Source of the DNA: Trichoplax adhaerens
Lineage: Eukaryota > Animalia > Placozoa
Direction: 5' to 3'
Assembly: GCF_000150275.1 (NCBI RefSeq)
Contig: NW_002060943.1
Span: 12,533,694 to 12,597,693 of the forward strand
Length of the DNA stretch: 64,000 nt
Both the position numbers and the translations under genes were made by a program. Shown here piece after piece: positions 39,070 to 52,951 of this stretch (its first letter is position 1; the number at the start of each line of letters is the position of its first letter). The notes beneath the pieces were generated by a model, which did not search any database, was not told where the DNA came from, and saw only the letters and a program-made list of their open reading frames with translations.

Positions 39070-40835
39070 GACTCATTAAGCTGTATGCGATCATGAACAG
39101 GGCTTATTAAGCTGTATGTGCCTATGAGCCGCTCTCATTAAGCTGTATGCCACCATGAGTAAGGCTTATTAAGTTATATGCGACCATGAGCAGGGCTCAT
39201 TAAGCTGTATGCCACCATGAGCAAGGCTTATCAAGCTATATGCGACCATGAGCAGGGCTCATTAAGCTGTATGCGATCATGAACAGGGCTTATTAAGCTG
39301 TATGTGCCTATGAGCAGCTCTCATTAAGCTGTATGCCACCATGAGTAAGGCTTATTAAGTTATATGCGACCATGAGCAGGGCTCATTAAGCTGTATGCCA
39401 CCATGAGCAAGGCTTATCAAGCTATATGCGACCATGAGCAGGGCTCATTAAGCTGTATGCGACCATGAGCAAGGCTTATTAAACTATATGCGACCATGAG
39501 CAGGGCCATGAAGCTGTATGCCACCATGAGTAAGGCTTATTAAGCTATATGCGACTTTGAGCAAGGCTCATTAAGCTGAATACCACCATGAGCAAGGCTT
39601 ATTATACTATATGCGACCATGAGCAGGGCTCATCAAGCTGTATGCGACCATGAGCAAGGCTTATCAAACTATATGTGACCATGAGCAGGGCCATGAAGCT
39701 GTATGCCATCATGAGCAAGGCTTATTAAGCTATATGCGATCATGAGTAGGGCTCATTAAGCCGTATGCCACCATGAGTATGGCTTATTAAGCTATATGCG
39801 TCTATGAGCACGGCTGATTAAGCTGAATATCACCATGAGCAAGGCTTATTATACTATATGCGACCATGAGCAAGGTTTATTATACAGTACTATATGCGAC
39901 CATGAGCAAGGCTTATTAAACTATATGCGATCACGAGTAGGACTCATTAAGCTGTATACGACCATGAGCAAGGCTTTCTTAAACTATATACGAGCATAAG
40001 CAGGGCTCATTAAGCTGTATGCGACCATGAACAAGGCTTATTAAACTATATGCGACCATGAGCAAGGCTTATTAAACTATATGCGATCACGAGTAGGACT
40101 CATTAAGCTGTATACGACCATGAGCAAGGCTTTCTTAAACTATATACGAGCATGAGCAGGGCTCATTAAGCTGTATGCGACCATGAACAACGCTTATTAA
40201 ACTATATGCGACCATGAGCAGGGCCATGAAGCTGTATGCGACCATGAGCAAGGCTTATTAAACTATATGCGACCATGAGCAGGGCCATGAAGCTGTATGC
40301 CACCATGAGCAAGGCTTATTAAGCTATAAGCGATCATGAGTAGGGCTCATTAAGCCGTATACCACCATGAGTAATGCTTATCAAGCTATATGCGACTATG
40401 AGCACGGCTCATTAAGCTGCATACAACCATGAGCAAGGCTTATTATACTATATGTGACCATGAGCAGGGCTCATTAAGCTGTATGCGACCATGAGCAAGG
40501 CTTTATTAAACTATATACGAGCATGAGCAGGGCTCATTAAGCTGTATGCGACCATGAGCAAGGCTTATTAAACTATATGCGACCATGGGCAGGACTCATT
40601 AAGCTATTTGCCACCATGAGCAAGGCTTATTAAGCTATTTGCGACCATGAACAAGGCTTATTAAACTATATTGTATGCGACCATGAGCGGGACTCATTAA
40701 GCTGTATGCCACTATGAGTAACATTTACTAAACTATATGCGACCTCGAACAGGACTCATTAAGCTGTATACCATCATGAGCAGTGGCTTATTAAGCTGTC
40801 TAAGCAGAGTTGATTAAGAGCTATATGCGAGCATG
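39070..40835. repeat. Minisatellite: 31-bp monomer, 62-bp dimer, local 186-bp higher-order repeat
   Basis: Alternating GGCTCATTAAGCTGTATGCCACCATGAGCAA / GGCTTATTAAACTATATGCGACCATGAGCAG; a six-monomer block repeats at 39072 and 39258. Confidence 0.97.
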
Positions 40836-41335
40836 AGAAGAGAGCTGGTCGATCAGTCCGAGAGTCCATTGCAGCTTGCACATGCTTAAGTCCAGCTTCA
40901 ATTGATTTTACAACGTATAGCCATCAAAATGGAGTGTGCTTATGATCATAATGATGGGTGGTTTTTACACGGTAGTGCAATAAAGTGTCTACAAATTACT
41001 ACGGTTACTTTCTTCCATCATACACATGCTTAATCAAGAATGGTTAATGTTAAATCTATCTTGCAAATATGTTGTCAATCCTTACCCCTAACAGGCCTAA
41101 GAAGTTGCTTTCTCAGTACTTTACTTTGCGTGATATAGGATCAAAGACGATATCGGTTTGTTGGAGAAAGCCAAATGATAATAATTACTATATGACATTG
41201 ATGCAAAGATTTGGTGTTTTATAATATTATTTTAATCTAGACAAGATCATCATTATCACTTGCGATTACAAATGCCTCAATATCTGTATAAAGACGAATA
41301 TACTCGCACGTTATGGTACAAAATGTGAACGTTAC

Positions 41336-41839
41336 TTATTTTTCTGCCGGGCTACCTTTGAGGTCTCTTTTTGTGGAAATAAAATGACGTCCAGCTTGTG
41401 ATGGACTGTGAGCAAACATGATCACGAGTATAGCAGTACAAAAAAAAAACTGAACCAATTTTAGCCTTTGATCACTACGGCCCTCACTCAATACGATTGA
41501 CATATTGGAAAGTATACTAATCCATCGTATGATACAATGCACTAAAACATCGTGTTGATGGAATACCAAAAACCATTTCAATAATCATTTCCTGTCATTC
41601 AGCATACAAAGTACATCACTCCTGTTCAAGTATTCTATTGCCATTTCTAAACGTTTCATGGTCACATTGACCTCCTATTTATTAAGCCAAACGCGAAGGA
41701 AAATGGATGTATCAATCAAACGCTGCTCTACGTTCGCTTACAATACTCATCGTAACAATTCTAGGATCTCATTTTAATGCCAATCGAGTCCACTCAGCAC
41801 CAGTTGTAATGGCAATATCCCCAAAATAATAAGTTCCGT
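41336..41839 (-). pseudogene. Decayed death-domain (+ possible TM) terminal exon, paralogue of 7903-8261
   Basis: After the AG acceptor (41840-41841): YYFGDIAITTGAEWTRLALK*DPRIVTMSI, frameshift, FLRVWLNK*EVNVTMKRLEMAIEYLNRSDV, later hydrophobic LVQFFFCTAILVIMFA. Confidence 0.75.
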
Positions 41840-44489
41840 CTATTCAAAAATAACTCTACCATTACTCAATAAAGTACAGTAAGTCTAATTTGTAAAGACA
41901 GTGATAATTATCTCAGTCATACGTAAAATGCAATCGCAAGATAGTAGTAGAACTGTCAAAGTTACAAGTTTTGAGCTCGTCGTGTTTATCAAGATTAAAT
42001 GCTGAGCATCAATCTAGAGATAGAGTGATGCTTTCATAAACTGTTATATCCTGATTAGTTTAGAAAGATTTCAAAGTGTAGGTGTACAGTATTAGTGACA
42101 TCATTTTCCCCATTATTTTCACAACGGAACAGCGATGTAAATTACAAATGCGATACGAAATAGAAAATTGGATGGTATGTTACTTCGTCAGATTCTATTC
42201 CATCTTATTGATGATGCTGCACACTCTAAACAGAAATGCATATCCATTTAATTCATTGAATCGCTTCCATCCTGTTGAAATCGTGTCATCAGCCATGATC
42301 GCAACAGCTTTGTTATTCATGGCGTTGGCTAGATTCGAACTATTCAATTCTGAATTATTGCTTGACATAAGCATTTGTCAGGTTTATGGAAGAAAATTCA
42401 ATTTCATAGCTATGACAGCCATGTTGGATTTATTGCTGTATCTTTTCGAGCCCATTATTGTATTGATCGAATTCAAATGATATTAATGACAGGCGTTTTC
42501 CATTTTGCACTTTTTTATTATTTTTCCATTACAGAATAAAAATGATCTCCTAACAGCAACGTTTGATTGATTTTCCAATTCGTTTGTACAAGATTACCTA
42601 ACCCGGGAAATGTTGCGATGATTGGCTTCGAATCAAGCCTATCCTACGCGTTTATTGGCAAAAGAATATACTCGACTGTAAAAATGGAAGAGAAGTAACC
42701 GGTGAACCATTCGTTGATCGAAATATTGACTGACTGGACTACCTACATAGGGTACTCTATTTCGAAAAAGCTCGTGGAAGGGATGATCGGTCCAACTGTT
42801 TGCCATACCCATACCATTGCCTGTAATGAACATGGCATGGGCAAACAAGAACTAGTTTCCACGAATAGGATTGATCCAAAGTCTGTCTGACATGAGATCA
42901 GGCGGTGCCTCCGTCTTCATGCGTCTCTATTCTACTGTATGCTACAGTCCAAGCGAGGTTTGCCGAAGAATCTCTCCGGCAGATTGAACCTTGATTTGGA
43001 CATGGACTACAAGCAAAAGTAGTCGATGCTTTGGACTAGCAAGACTACTCTGATGATTCATGGCGATATAGCAAGTTGTGTTGAAGAAGAGTAGAATAAA
43101 ATGGATCATAATCCCAGGCTTGAGGCATTGCAAGAAATGGCTCAGGCAGAGTGGACAATACTGCACATTGGATGCTGCTGACGTCGACTTGTAAAGTCGA
43201 CAGTGTACGGTAGAATTGCAACATGACGGGAATGTGTATACAGTATATACTGTACATTACTGCCGTTTCAGCATACTAAAATAGAATTGCAAAAATGCCG
43301 AAGTCTAGTAAAGTGTACTGTACAAGTGGACATGTACGCTTATGGCCAATCAAAGAGTAACAACCGAAATTGAAGATGCAAACTGCTGTTGTAAAAGCTG
43401 TTAAAACATGAAAATAGAGCTCATCTTGTTTACTATACTGCACGATATTAGTACACCTTCTGCTTTGGCCTTGTTGGCTAACTTGTGTTTGCAGTTTGTC
43501 GACGTGACGCGTGTGAAAGAGACTATTGTCGACAGTAGACTGTGTACAGTCTACACTCCAGTGCTGTGTACAGTACTGTACTGTCAGGGAGTCAAGGTTG
43601 GGCTTGCATTCAGAGTACAGTACATTGTACTGTAACCCAAGCCTATTGCGCTCAAAATGGACTAGACAATGCCAATGTTGAGTCATAGCACTCAGTCTGT
43701 ACTGTACTGTACACAGCGATTCAGTATTACAGTACAGTACTGTACTCACTGTACTGTAGTCAGTAGAGTGAAGTGTTTTTTCCGTCACTCTGAGTCACAC
43801 TGAGTCAAGCTTAATCGAGGTACATTCATGTACAATTACAAGAAGTGGCAGGCTACCGGCAACATTTGTCGTCGACCAACAACTGGCCGCAAAAGTCTGA
43901 TGGCTGATCGCGTGCCAATTGTTAAAGATCTTATTGAAAGATACCCTGATCGTAGTGTAATTGAACCTTAATTTTTTGTTAAATTAAGAACTTTGTTTGG
44001 TTACTACTGTACAGTGTACATTTTACTTACAACATATTTGTACATCTTCTTTTAAATTTGAGCATGTTGAACTCAATTTTTACTATTGGCATGAAGGATA
44101 TTATAGCAACTGGCGATACGAGAAACCTTTAAAGTTTCATTCAAAGCTCCCAAATTTGGCGAATAATATGCGCCATTTAGTTACATTTGCGCACTTTTTA
44201 CAATTTAGGACAGACTCTCTTCAAATGCATTACGTCATTACTGCCTACTGTAGAAGGGAACAGTATTGTAATTCTTGCTTTATATGTACTGTAGATCATT
44301 CATAAATGGGGATATAACGGTCAGTGATACTTTCATCATTTATGGACTTAAGAGCAAGTTTAACTTTCTAACTTTACCAGATTCAGATATTTCAGAATCT
44401 CTCCATCAACCTCATATATCATTCTATTATAGCTTTACTGTATTTTTAAAGAAAAATATGGCCCGAAAGTGACAAAATGTTATGAAACA

Positions 44490-45725
44490 GCCTGTACAGT
44501 ACAGAAGACTGAGTATATTACTGTAGTCACAGCATACAGTACAGTACTGTAGAGTGAAGTGTTTTTTCCTTCACCGTACAGTATGAGTCACACTGAATCA
44601 AGCTTGGGCTTGCAGTCAGAGTACAGTAGACTGAGTACATTACTGTAGTCACCGCATACAGTAGAGTGAAGTGTTTTTTCCTTCACTCTACAGTATGAGT
44701 CAAGCTTGAGCTTGCAGTCAGAGTACAGTAGACTGAGTACATTACTGTAGTAGTCACAGCATACTGTACAGTAGAGTGAAGTGTTTTTTTTGTCACTCTA
44801 TGAGTCACACTGAGTCAAGCTTGGGCTTGCAGTCAGAGTACAGTAGACTGAGTACATTACTGTAGTCACAGCATACAGTAGAGTGAAGTGTTTTTTTCTT
44901 CACTCTACAGTATGAGTCACACTGAGTCAAGCTTGAGCTTGCAGTCAGAGTACAGTAGACTGAGTACCTGTAGTCACAGCATACCGTAGAGTGAAGTGTT
45001 TTTTCCGTCACTCTGTTACACTGAGTCATGCTTGGGCTTGCAGTCAGAGTAGAGTACAGTAGACTGAGTACATTACTGTAGTCACAGCGTACAGTAGAGT
45101 GAAGTGTTTTTTTCGTCACTCTATATACTGTACAGTATGAGTCACACTGAGTCAAGCTTGGGCTTACAGTCAGAGTACTGTACACTTCAGTGAGTGTACA
45201 GTACGGTACTGTAGAGTGAAATGTTTTTTCTTCACTCATTGAGCCACACTCAGTCAAGCTTGGGCTTCCAGTCAGAGTACAGAAGACTGAGTGCAGTACA
45301 GTAGAGTAGAGTTACAGCATACAGTTCAAGTGTTTTTTTCTTCACTCTATGACTCACAGTGAATCAGGTTAGGATTCTAGTCAGAGTGCAATAGACTGAG
45401 TACAGTACTGTAGTCACAGGCTCACAGCATACTGTTCAAGTGTTTTTTTCTTCACTCTATGACTCACAGTGAATCAGGTTAGGATTCTAGTCAGAGTGCA
45501 ATAGACTGAGTACAGTACTGTAGTCACAGGCTCACAGCATACTGTTCAAGTGTTTTTTTCTTCACTCTATGACTCACAGTGAATCAGGTTAGGATTCTAG
45601 TCAGAGTGCAATAGACTGAGTACAGTACTGTAGTCACAGGCTCACAGCATACTGTTCAAGTGTTTTTTTCTTCACTCTATGACTCACAGTGAATCAAGGT
45701 TGGGATTCTAGTCAGAGTACAGTAG
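44490..45725. repeat. Tandem array of ~105-120-bp units, last ~4 exact 110-bp copies; related unit at ~43570-43810
   Basis: Unit AGAGTGAAGTGTTTTTTnCTTCACTCTA..GAGTCACACTGAGTCAAGCTTGGGCTTGCAGTCAGAGTACAG. Exact copies start at 45325, 45435, 45545 and 45655. Confidence 0.93.
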
Positions 45726-46425
45726 ACCGTGTACTGTAACGTCAGCCGACAGCCTACGTCACCTGCACTCAATGGGCTATATTGCGCTCAAAATGGACTC
45801 GACAATGTCTTGGCCAATATGGATCATCCTGTCGTGGTGATACTGCTGCTGAGCGTGAACACAACCAGCGGATACGACGGTAGTGTCGTCACAGTAAGTC
45901 AAGGTTGGGCTTCCAGTCGTTGTACTGTAAGCTACAGTACAATATACTGCAATACACGGTATAGACTGTAAGGGGTGGACTGTAGAAGGCCAACGCGATG
46001 TGCGGATCCATCGGTCAAAGTGGCGAGCATCATACCCATTCAGCAGTACAACGCAAAGCGTCCAGTAGGGGATGATGGACTGTAGGCAAAAAGGACTACG
46101 GTGGCGTCTGCAGTATTACAGTCGCTCTCTTGGCCTTGTCGGTTGTATTGTCTTTGTCCAATCTTGAAGGATCGACTGTTGGCGATTTGGTTGAAAAATT
46201 GGAATTGGTTGAGGATAGAATTAACATTTGTTGGAAGTTGTACAGCTTGCAGACACTTTACTACTGCTATTCAAACGCCAACCATTCCTGACGACATTAG
46301 CAATTGATCGCAGTGGTTGACTTGGCAACGTTGGGAGGACATTGTAGTGAAGACGGTAGCCATTGCAAAGACATTTGACGACAACGCCAGTACTGTAAGA
46401 ATACCACCAATTCGTTGAAAGAAAG

Positions 46426-49400
46426 ATGGGAGCCTTCTTGGATAAGGCAAGGGTCGAAAAGACCACTAGCAGCGGCTTTGGGAATGGCTTACACTACGGA
46501 TTATCCGCCATGCAAGGCTGGAGAGTGGGTATGGAAGATGCCCATACTGCGATTGTCAGTTTACCCCAAAATCGTGAAATTTCATTTTGGGGTGTTTTCG
46601 ATGGTCATGCCGGTTCGGCAACGTCAGCCTATTGCGCTAAAAATTTACTAGACAACGTCTTGGCCAATGTTGATCATCATAGTAGTTCTACTACTGCTGA
46701 CAGTCAAGACAATGTTAGCACCACCAGCGATACTGGTAGTAGTAAGAATGGTCTTAGTGTAGAAAGTTTACAACGTGGCTTACGGACTGGTTTCTTAAAG
46801 TTAGATGAGGTACTGTATTCTTTACGGACTCTTCAAGAGCAAAATAATGCCAATTATAACGAATCGGAAAGAATTGATAAAAGTGGCACTACGGCTGTGG
46901 TCGTTGTTGTAACCCCAACGCATATCATTTTTGGCAATTGTGGCGATTCTCGTGGGATATTATGCCGTAGTAATGAAGTCAATTTCGCTACTGAAGATCA
47001 TAAACCGTTTAAACCTCGAGAGAGGCAACGTATTGAACGAGCCGGCGGCTCTGTTGTTTTACAACGTGTCAATGGTTCCTTAGCAGTATCCAGAGCTTTA
47101 GGCGATTTTGAGTACAAATGTAATAGCGAATTGTCACAACTCGATCAATTGGTATCGCCAGAGCCCGACGTGATGTCCATAGCTCGAGATCCCAAAGACG
47201 AATTTATCGTATTAGCATGTGATGGTATATGGGACGTCATGAATAATACGGATGTTGCCAATTTTGTTCGATCACGCTTGGCCATCACCAATGACTTGGA
47301 AGAAATCTGTAATGAAGTGTTGAATACGTGCTTGGCAAAGGTTTGTGCATTGCTTTTCATTCCTTGACAATTTCATTGTAGCTAAAATAGCTTGTTGTAG
47401 TTTGTACACCTATCCTTCCATTTCCATCCGCTGGCCCATCTTCAACCTTGTCTTCCTACCCTATCCAATGCACTTTCAACCCTACTTTCCCTTTCATTTG
47501 AAACTCCAACAGTCAAAATGATATCCTCATTGGAACGCGCCCATTGATCCACTGGGTGTAATGATGATCAACTCAAGGCCGTTGTCGCCATATTGGATAA
47601 CGGTGGACCATTCCACTCTTGTCAGCGGATGGATTTCTCTTCCCTGCATCATCCACTTACCCCATTGAGCAAGTTTTAGTCAATAAATCGAGTCCGGCAG
47701 CGGGCCTGTCCACTCAACAACTTACCGTCAAGCATCAAGCGCTGTAGAAACACATCTCCTACTATCGCTCGATCAGCTTCTCCCACGAGCATCCCCTTGG
47801 AGATGTTTCTCAATAGGATTACCTTATAATACAGTGATATAAACTAGCGACATGATCCTGGATGGCCAGCCGTTGGTGCAATTTTTCAACCTTTTGAAGG
47901 GGGTTTTTTTTTTCCATCCTCCAATGGGACTATAGTATGCGCGATGCAGGTTGCTTTCCCCCATACAAATGATAGTAAAGCACTATTCTGAAGGACATGA
48001 CTGCGTCAATGCGTCAGCAAATCTTCCGTACCATGGTACAGGAGACTACTGGAGTTAAGCGCTTTTGTACGCCGACGTCTGGACGCTAGTGTATAGTAGA
48101 CTAGGGCACAATGGATTCTGTTTTCTGACCACTTTAAGGTAGCAACGTTGCAAGTAGACTACTTGCAACGGCAGTTTCAGGCTGGTCGACGGTTCTGTTA
48201 GGGCGATAGTCGCTAAGAAAGCAGTAATTCAATCAATCTTTACAGCCTAAGTACTGCAGTTGACTACCACTATTTAGGGACAGTATGTTCATCAAGCTAG
48301 ACGTCCAGGCTTTCACTTGGGCCGTATAGAAACAGAGGCAATAGTGTCATGCAAGACATCATTTTGTCCACGCGTAGACAATATTAACATGGCCGTTTTC
48401 CCATTTTTTCAACCCAATTAGTCTCCATCATGGATGGATCTCGATATCACCGTCCAACAGCACTTTCAGCTTGTCTACTGTACTCTACTGATTCCGAGTG
48501 GTCCCGAAGGGATGATCAATTCAATCAATCTTTACAGCCTTACTGTAGTGCGCTACAACTATTCGACGACAATACGTTTCATCAACCGATAGTGTTAAGG
48601 CTTAACTTAGGCAGTGTAGAAATGGAGGATGCGATCGAACCTTTTCAAGGGTGTCATGGAAAAGACGATTTGGGGCACGAGTGCACATTATAAACATTAG
48701 ACATGGCCCTTTTCCATTCTTGAAAGCGAGCAAGTCTCTATCATCGAAACGATGATGGATTACATTATGAATGGATAGGGATTATTCTACGCGACTGTAA
48801 AAACTTGTCGCTGTTGACCGACGTAATAACCTTATAACAAATCAGTGAGGAGATAGGATGTAGGCTGCTCTAGGGCATCAAGTTGCCTGTGCGTAGAGGA
48901 TAAAGTAACTGCTTTGGTGGACGTAATGTGGAATCGTGGGTGTGTATCATTAAACTCAGTACCGTAACATGCCTTTATACAGTACTGTATAATGTATGCC
49001 ACACTTGAGCGTCAATAATCCTATGTAGAATAGAACGATAGGCCGCTCAGATAGGATATGGTTCATAGCGAAAATACGCTACAAGATTGGATTGAAGTTT
49101 TGCCATGAAAGCCTCGTCCATGTACACGAGGTAGCCATGGATCACCTGATTTGAATGATGGGCAAACTGGAGTTACAAAATATCAATAACTATTGTAGCA
49201 AATTCTTTTCTATGTGTACCACCGACTCATCGATCGCTTCGCCACATTGTAGGCGCCATGAATGGGTTGAATTTGATCAACTTGATCTTATTATCTTGCA
49301 ATTGAGTTTGTTTCTTATGATTCTCACTTTTGAGAAATGAAGGAATGAATGACTGCAATTGATCTTACTACGCGTATCCACGCCTACAAAAGCAGTTGCT

Positions 49401-50703
49401 TCAAAATAGATTTGATAGAAGCATGACATATCTACTGATTTATTAACTGATTGCTTTTCATTTTATTTCTCGTATTCAGGGTAGCAAGGACAATATGAGT
49501 ATCATACTCATTACCTTTGATGGTGCTATAACTGTGGACGAAAATGCTAAATTAATGGTAAGCACTTAGCTTTGCGCTGATAAACGACCCTTGATAAACT
49601 AGAATGAGCTAACTGCAATAACAATTTGAATGAGTAGTGTTTCTTACTTAAGAGGATGATCACCAACGATAACAGTTTTATCTGACATGTTACAATCGAA
49701 TAATGTTAACAATGCTTCCAGTGTAGAGAAAAAAAATGCTAGACTACTTGGATTAAATCTCTATTCGTCGTATCAATGTACCGTACCATCAAAGGCATTC
49801 AAAGCAACGTGCTATTCTATGATATCATCAGTGACTGTACTAGCACAAGGGTGACTTTGAACACTTTAAGCCGCGTGTTGCTAGCAAAGCAAGATTATTT
49901 GTATACGATGAACGCAACCTAGTTTAGTACAGTTTTAATTCTTTAGTGAACGCTGCATTTCTAGTCGTCTATTATTTGCTAATCAACGAAAAGTTAACTC
50001 GTTATGTTAAAAGCGTCGATGTTCTACTCGCTACTTTTTACATTAGGAGCAAGAACTTGACAGGAAGATAGTAAAAGAAGTAACAGGTAAATTATCATCA
50101 TTGTCCAACTAAGCACTGATAAGTAGGGCGGCTGTTGTTAAAAGGCCTTTTTTAGCCTTGATTTTCAACGGAAGTAGTGTACTAAAAGTTAGGATAGCCT
50201 AAAACGTCGTAAATTACATTGTGTGCCTTCAGTGTATTGTTTCGCTAGCCTATTAATTGATTTAGCAAGCGTGCTGATTTTTTTTCTTATCGAATAGATA
50301 TACATAACAGACTTGGCTCCAATTGCAACTTGTACCAGGTGATGACAGAATTATCCCAAGACGATTCTCTGCGCCTACCTCCTGGAGGTGGCATCGAATG
50401 CAAGTAAGCTCAGTAGTGACGTCATTGTCAAAGCTTTCAAAATTTCGAGGTTACAAGATGCGTTTGAATTGACATCATTCTCACGTCGGTAATTTGAATA
50501 TTTATTTCCCAGGCAATTACTTGTCGAGAAAACTTTGTCCCAGTTAACCGGAAAAGAGGTAAATAGTTGCATGATTGGCTAACCTTACGTCACGGCGATA
50601 GGATTATTGCCATAATGGACATGATTTGCTGAAAGCGATAGTTATTCTCAACAGGTATACCTCGATAATGACAATTAATTATTTTGGATTGCAGGAATTG
50701 TAG
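46426..50703 (+). CDS. PPM1A: Protein phosphatase 2C, PPM1A/PPM1B type
   Basis: MGAFLDK, MQGWRVGMEDAH, VFDGHAG, NCGDSR, LACDGIWD in exon 46426-47340. Further exons 49480-49557 (GSKDNMSIILI), 50047-50086, 50298-50403 (LPPGGG), 50513-50558. Last exon uncertain. Likely co-orthologue of PPM1A and PPM1B. Confidence 0.95.
48225..48745. repeat. Old ~290-bp tandem duplication in PP2C intron 1
   Basis: AATTCAATCAATCTTTACAGCCT at ~48226 and ~48518, with colinear downstream similarity (GTGTCATG, ACATGGCC, AGTCTC). Confidence 0.6.
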
Positions 50704-52951
50704 AATATCAATTTGGCTGACTCACGAAATGAACTTTTTAATGGATGTTATCTAAAATGGGAGAATCCTAATTTAGTAAATTTGATACGATAAAGTATTC
50801 GTGTATGTGTATGCTATTTTAAATTATAAATTATAATACGTTATTAAGGAAAAGTGATCAATAGTGCAGTCGGCGATTAAGATAATAATTCAATTTAAAT
50901 GTCCCAGCAACAGGCTACTGTAATAATTTAACGCGATGATTACAGCACATTTTATCTACATCCAAATGTTGTGTACAAATTGGACTGGATGATATAATGC
51001 ACCAAAGATAGAAATTTGCACGAAAAGTTATGCGCGTGTGTGATAAGTGATAACAGTATAGTGATTATGCCATGTTCCTCTCAAGGAATCAATCATTATC
51101 TAGACCAGTATGACTGCTCAAGTAAAGAAGCCAACACTATAGTATCCCAAGCAATTGATTAGTTAGCTGAATGTTGACCTCAATATTCAAAAAAGGTTTT
51201 ACCTGTATAATCTGATGAGACGGATAGCTTGAATCGTCTTTCGGCAATATTACCTTGAGCGAATGAAGGTATTAACCATTGGTGTTATTCGATATCTTCG
51301 TCATCGACAGCACATCAACAAGACTAACAACTGTATTCAAGTATCATTATTTCTTGACTTGTTTGAACGTTGTATCATACCGATGATATAACATAGAACC
51401 TTATAAAAAATATAATTGCGGAACGATACTGTATGTAAGCTGTAAAGAATTTTACTTTGCGAATTGACAAAGCAATAATGTTTAGATCATTTGAGAACAT
51501 GCCTGTTCATGGAGCTAAAATAATTTAAAATAGGATAAGAAATATTCTATCAACAATTGCAAGCAATAGATTGATAGTGTTCGATCCTATCCTGTTATCA
51601 GCCAGTCACTAACTCATTATTATCTTTGTAGATTCCCGAAGTTCATTGTTAATAGAAAATAACTTATGATGCGTTTATAGTTTTAACTTGTACGTAAAGT
51701 GATTGATTTCTACAACACACTGATTTCTTATTTTTACTGTACAAAATACTGATTTTCGCCTTTTAACATTTTATGCGACTATCACGAAGATTAAATTTCT
51801 AAGCCGTATAACTTGTTAGTGGATTAGGTTCATAGTAGCGGCTTTAGAGATTATGTGTATCACTCTATGCAATGCTACGTCTGCTACATTTAATTTCTTG
51901 CCGTTTCTTTGCTGTCATAGTATATAACATTAATACCGGACTACTAGTAACTATGTGGTTCGATAATTATACCAATTTTGACAATTTAACTACAATGAAG
52001 GAAATAAACCGTAATGAAAGTTCAACCGTTAACGGCATTCTATGACAATACGACAAATCCACTGTCAAGTAATTGAAATGGAGACAGCATGCTATAGTAG
52101 GACGTTGCTCGATGAGACCGAGACATTTTACTTTCAAATGGCGATTCAAGCCTAAGAAAGTATTCAATTTGTATTGACATCACCCAAGATCAGAAAGACA
52201 TGGAATACGTACAACAATGATCCATTCATATTTATTTAGAGTCATATATCTACATAATTTACTGCTTCGAGTAGCATTCTATATACTGGATATAGAACAA
52301 TTTGTTATCATTCATATGGTCATTTCGTTGAATTTTGTGAAACACGATTTCAGTTTTTACAGCATAAGCGATGCTTACGTGTACTGTAAAACAGTAGGAT
52401 ACTTTAATAATTATAATTATTACAGTACATTAGTACCAACAAATGCCGGGAATAAAAAATTGCAAAATATTTCTGTGGCAGCCTTTCCATAAATTGAATA
52501 TAGCTGCTACATAAAATAAAATGTACTGTACTAGTCTCGGTCACGGTACTAGATAACTGTACCAAAATTGAATTTTGGATACCATTAGGATAAAATTTTT
52601 GATGAGAATCTTTGAGAGAATTCGGTCATAATACCAAATGTCAGTAAGCAGTTACGCTTGTAACACTTCGTAATAGTGATGTGGCCAATGGATTTCAATA
52701 GACAGGGCTATCAATCTGTTTAATGATTAACTTGTGAGCTTTATGCTAAATAAAGCCTTGGCATTCTCAGATGATGGCGCATTTGCAAGCAGGATTAAAT
52801 TGGCGATTCAGGTTCCACCATTGTTTCAGCGTACACTGATTAATTAATATAAAACAGTAAATTAGTTTAACAGTTGAAAACAGACAACTGATAAACTAAA
52901 AAGATAAAACCTTGATTAATAGTATTAGCACAAGCAATAGCAGTGCAATGG

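Noticed and set aside
39070-40835. CRISPR-like array
   Set aside because: Contiguous monomers with no unique spacers, no cas genes, eukaryotic context.
43276-45257. ORFs of 150-170 aa (43276-43788, 44805-45257)
   Set aside because: Translations of tandem repeats and TACAGT-rich simple sequence; no protein-like features.
50900-52900. KAT14/CSRP2BP downstream of PET117 (as in vertebrates), or a MAM-domain remnant
   Set aside because: No KAT14 motifs seen. MAM-like words (RLESPF, CCLHFNY) are in different frames and too short to support a call.
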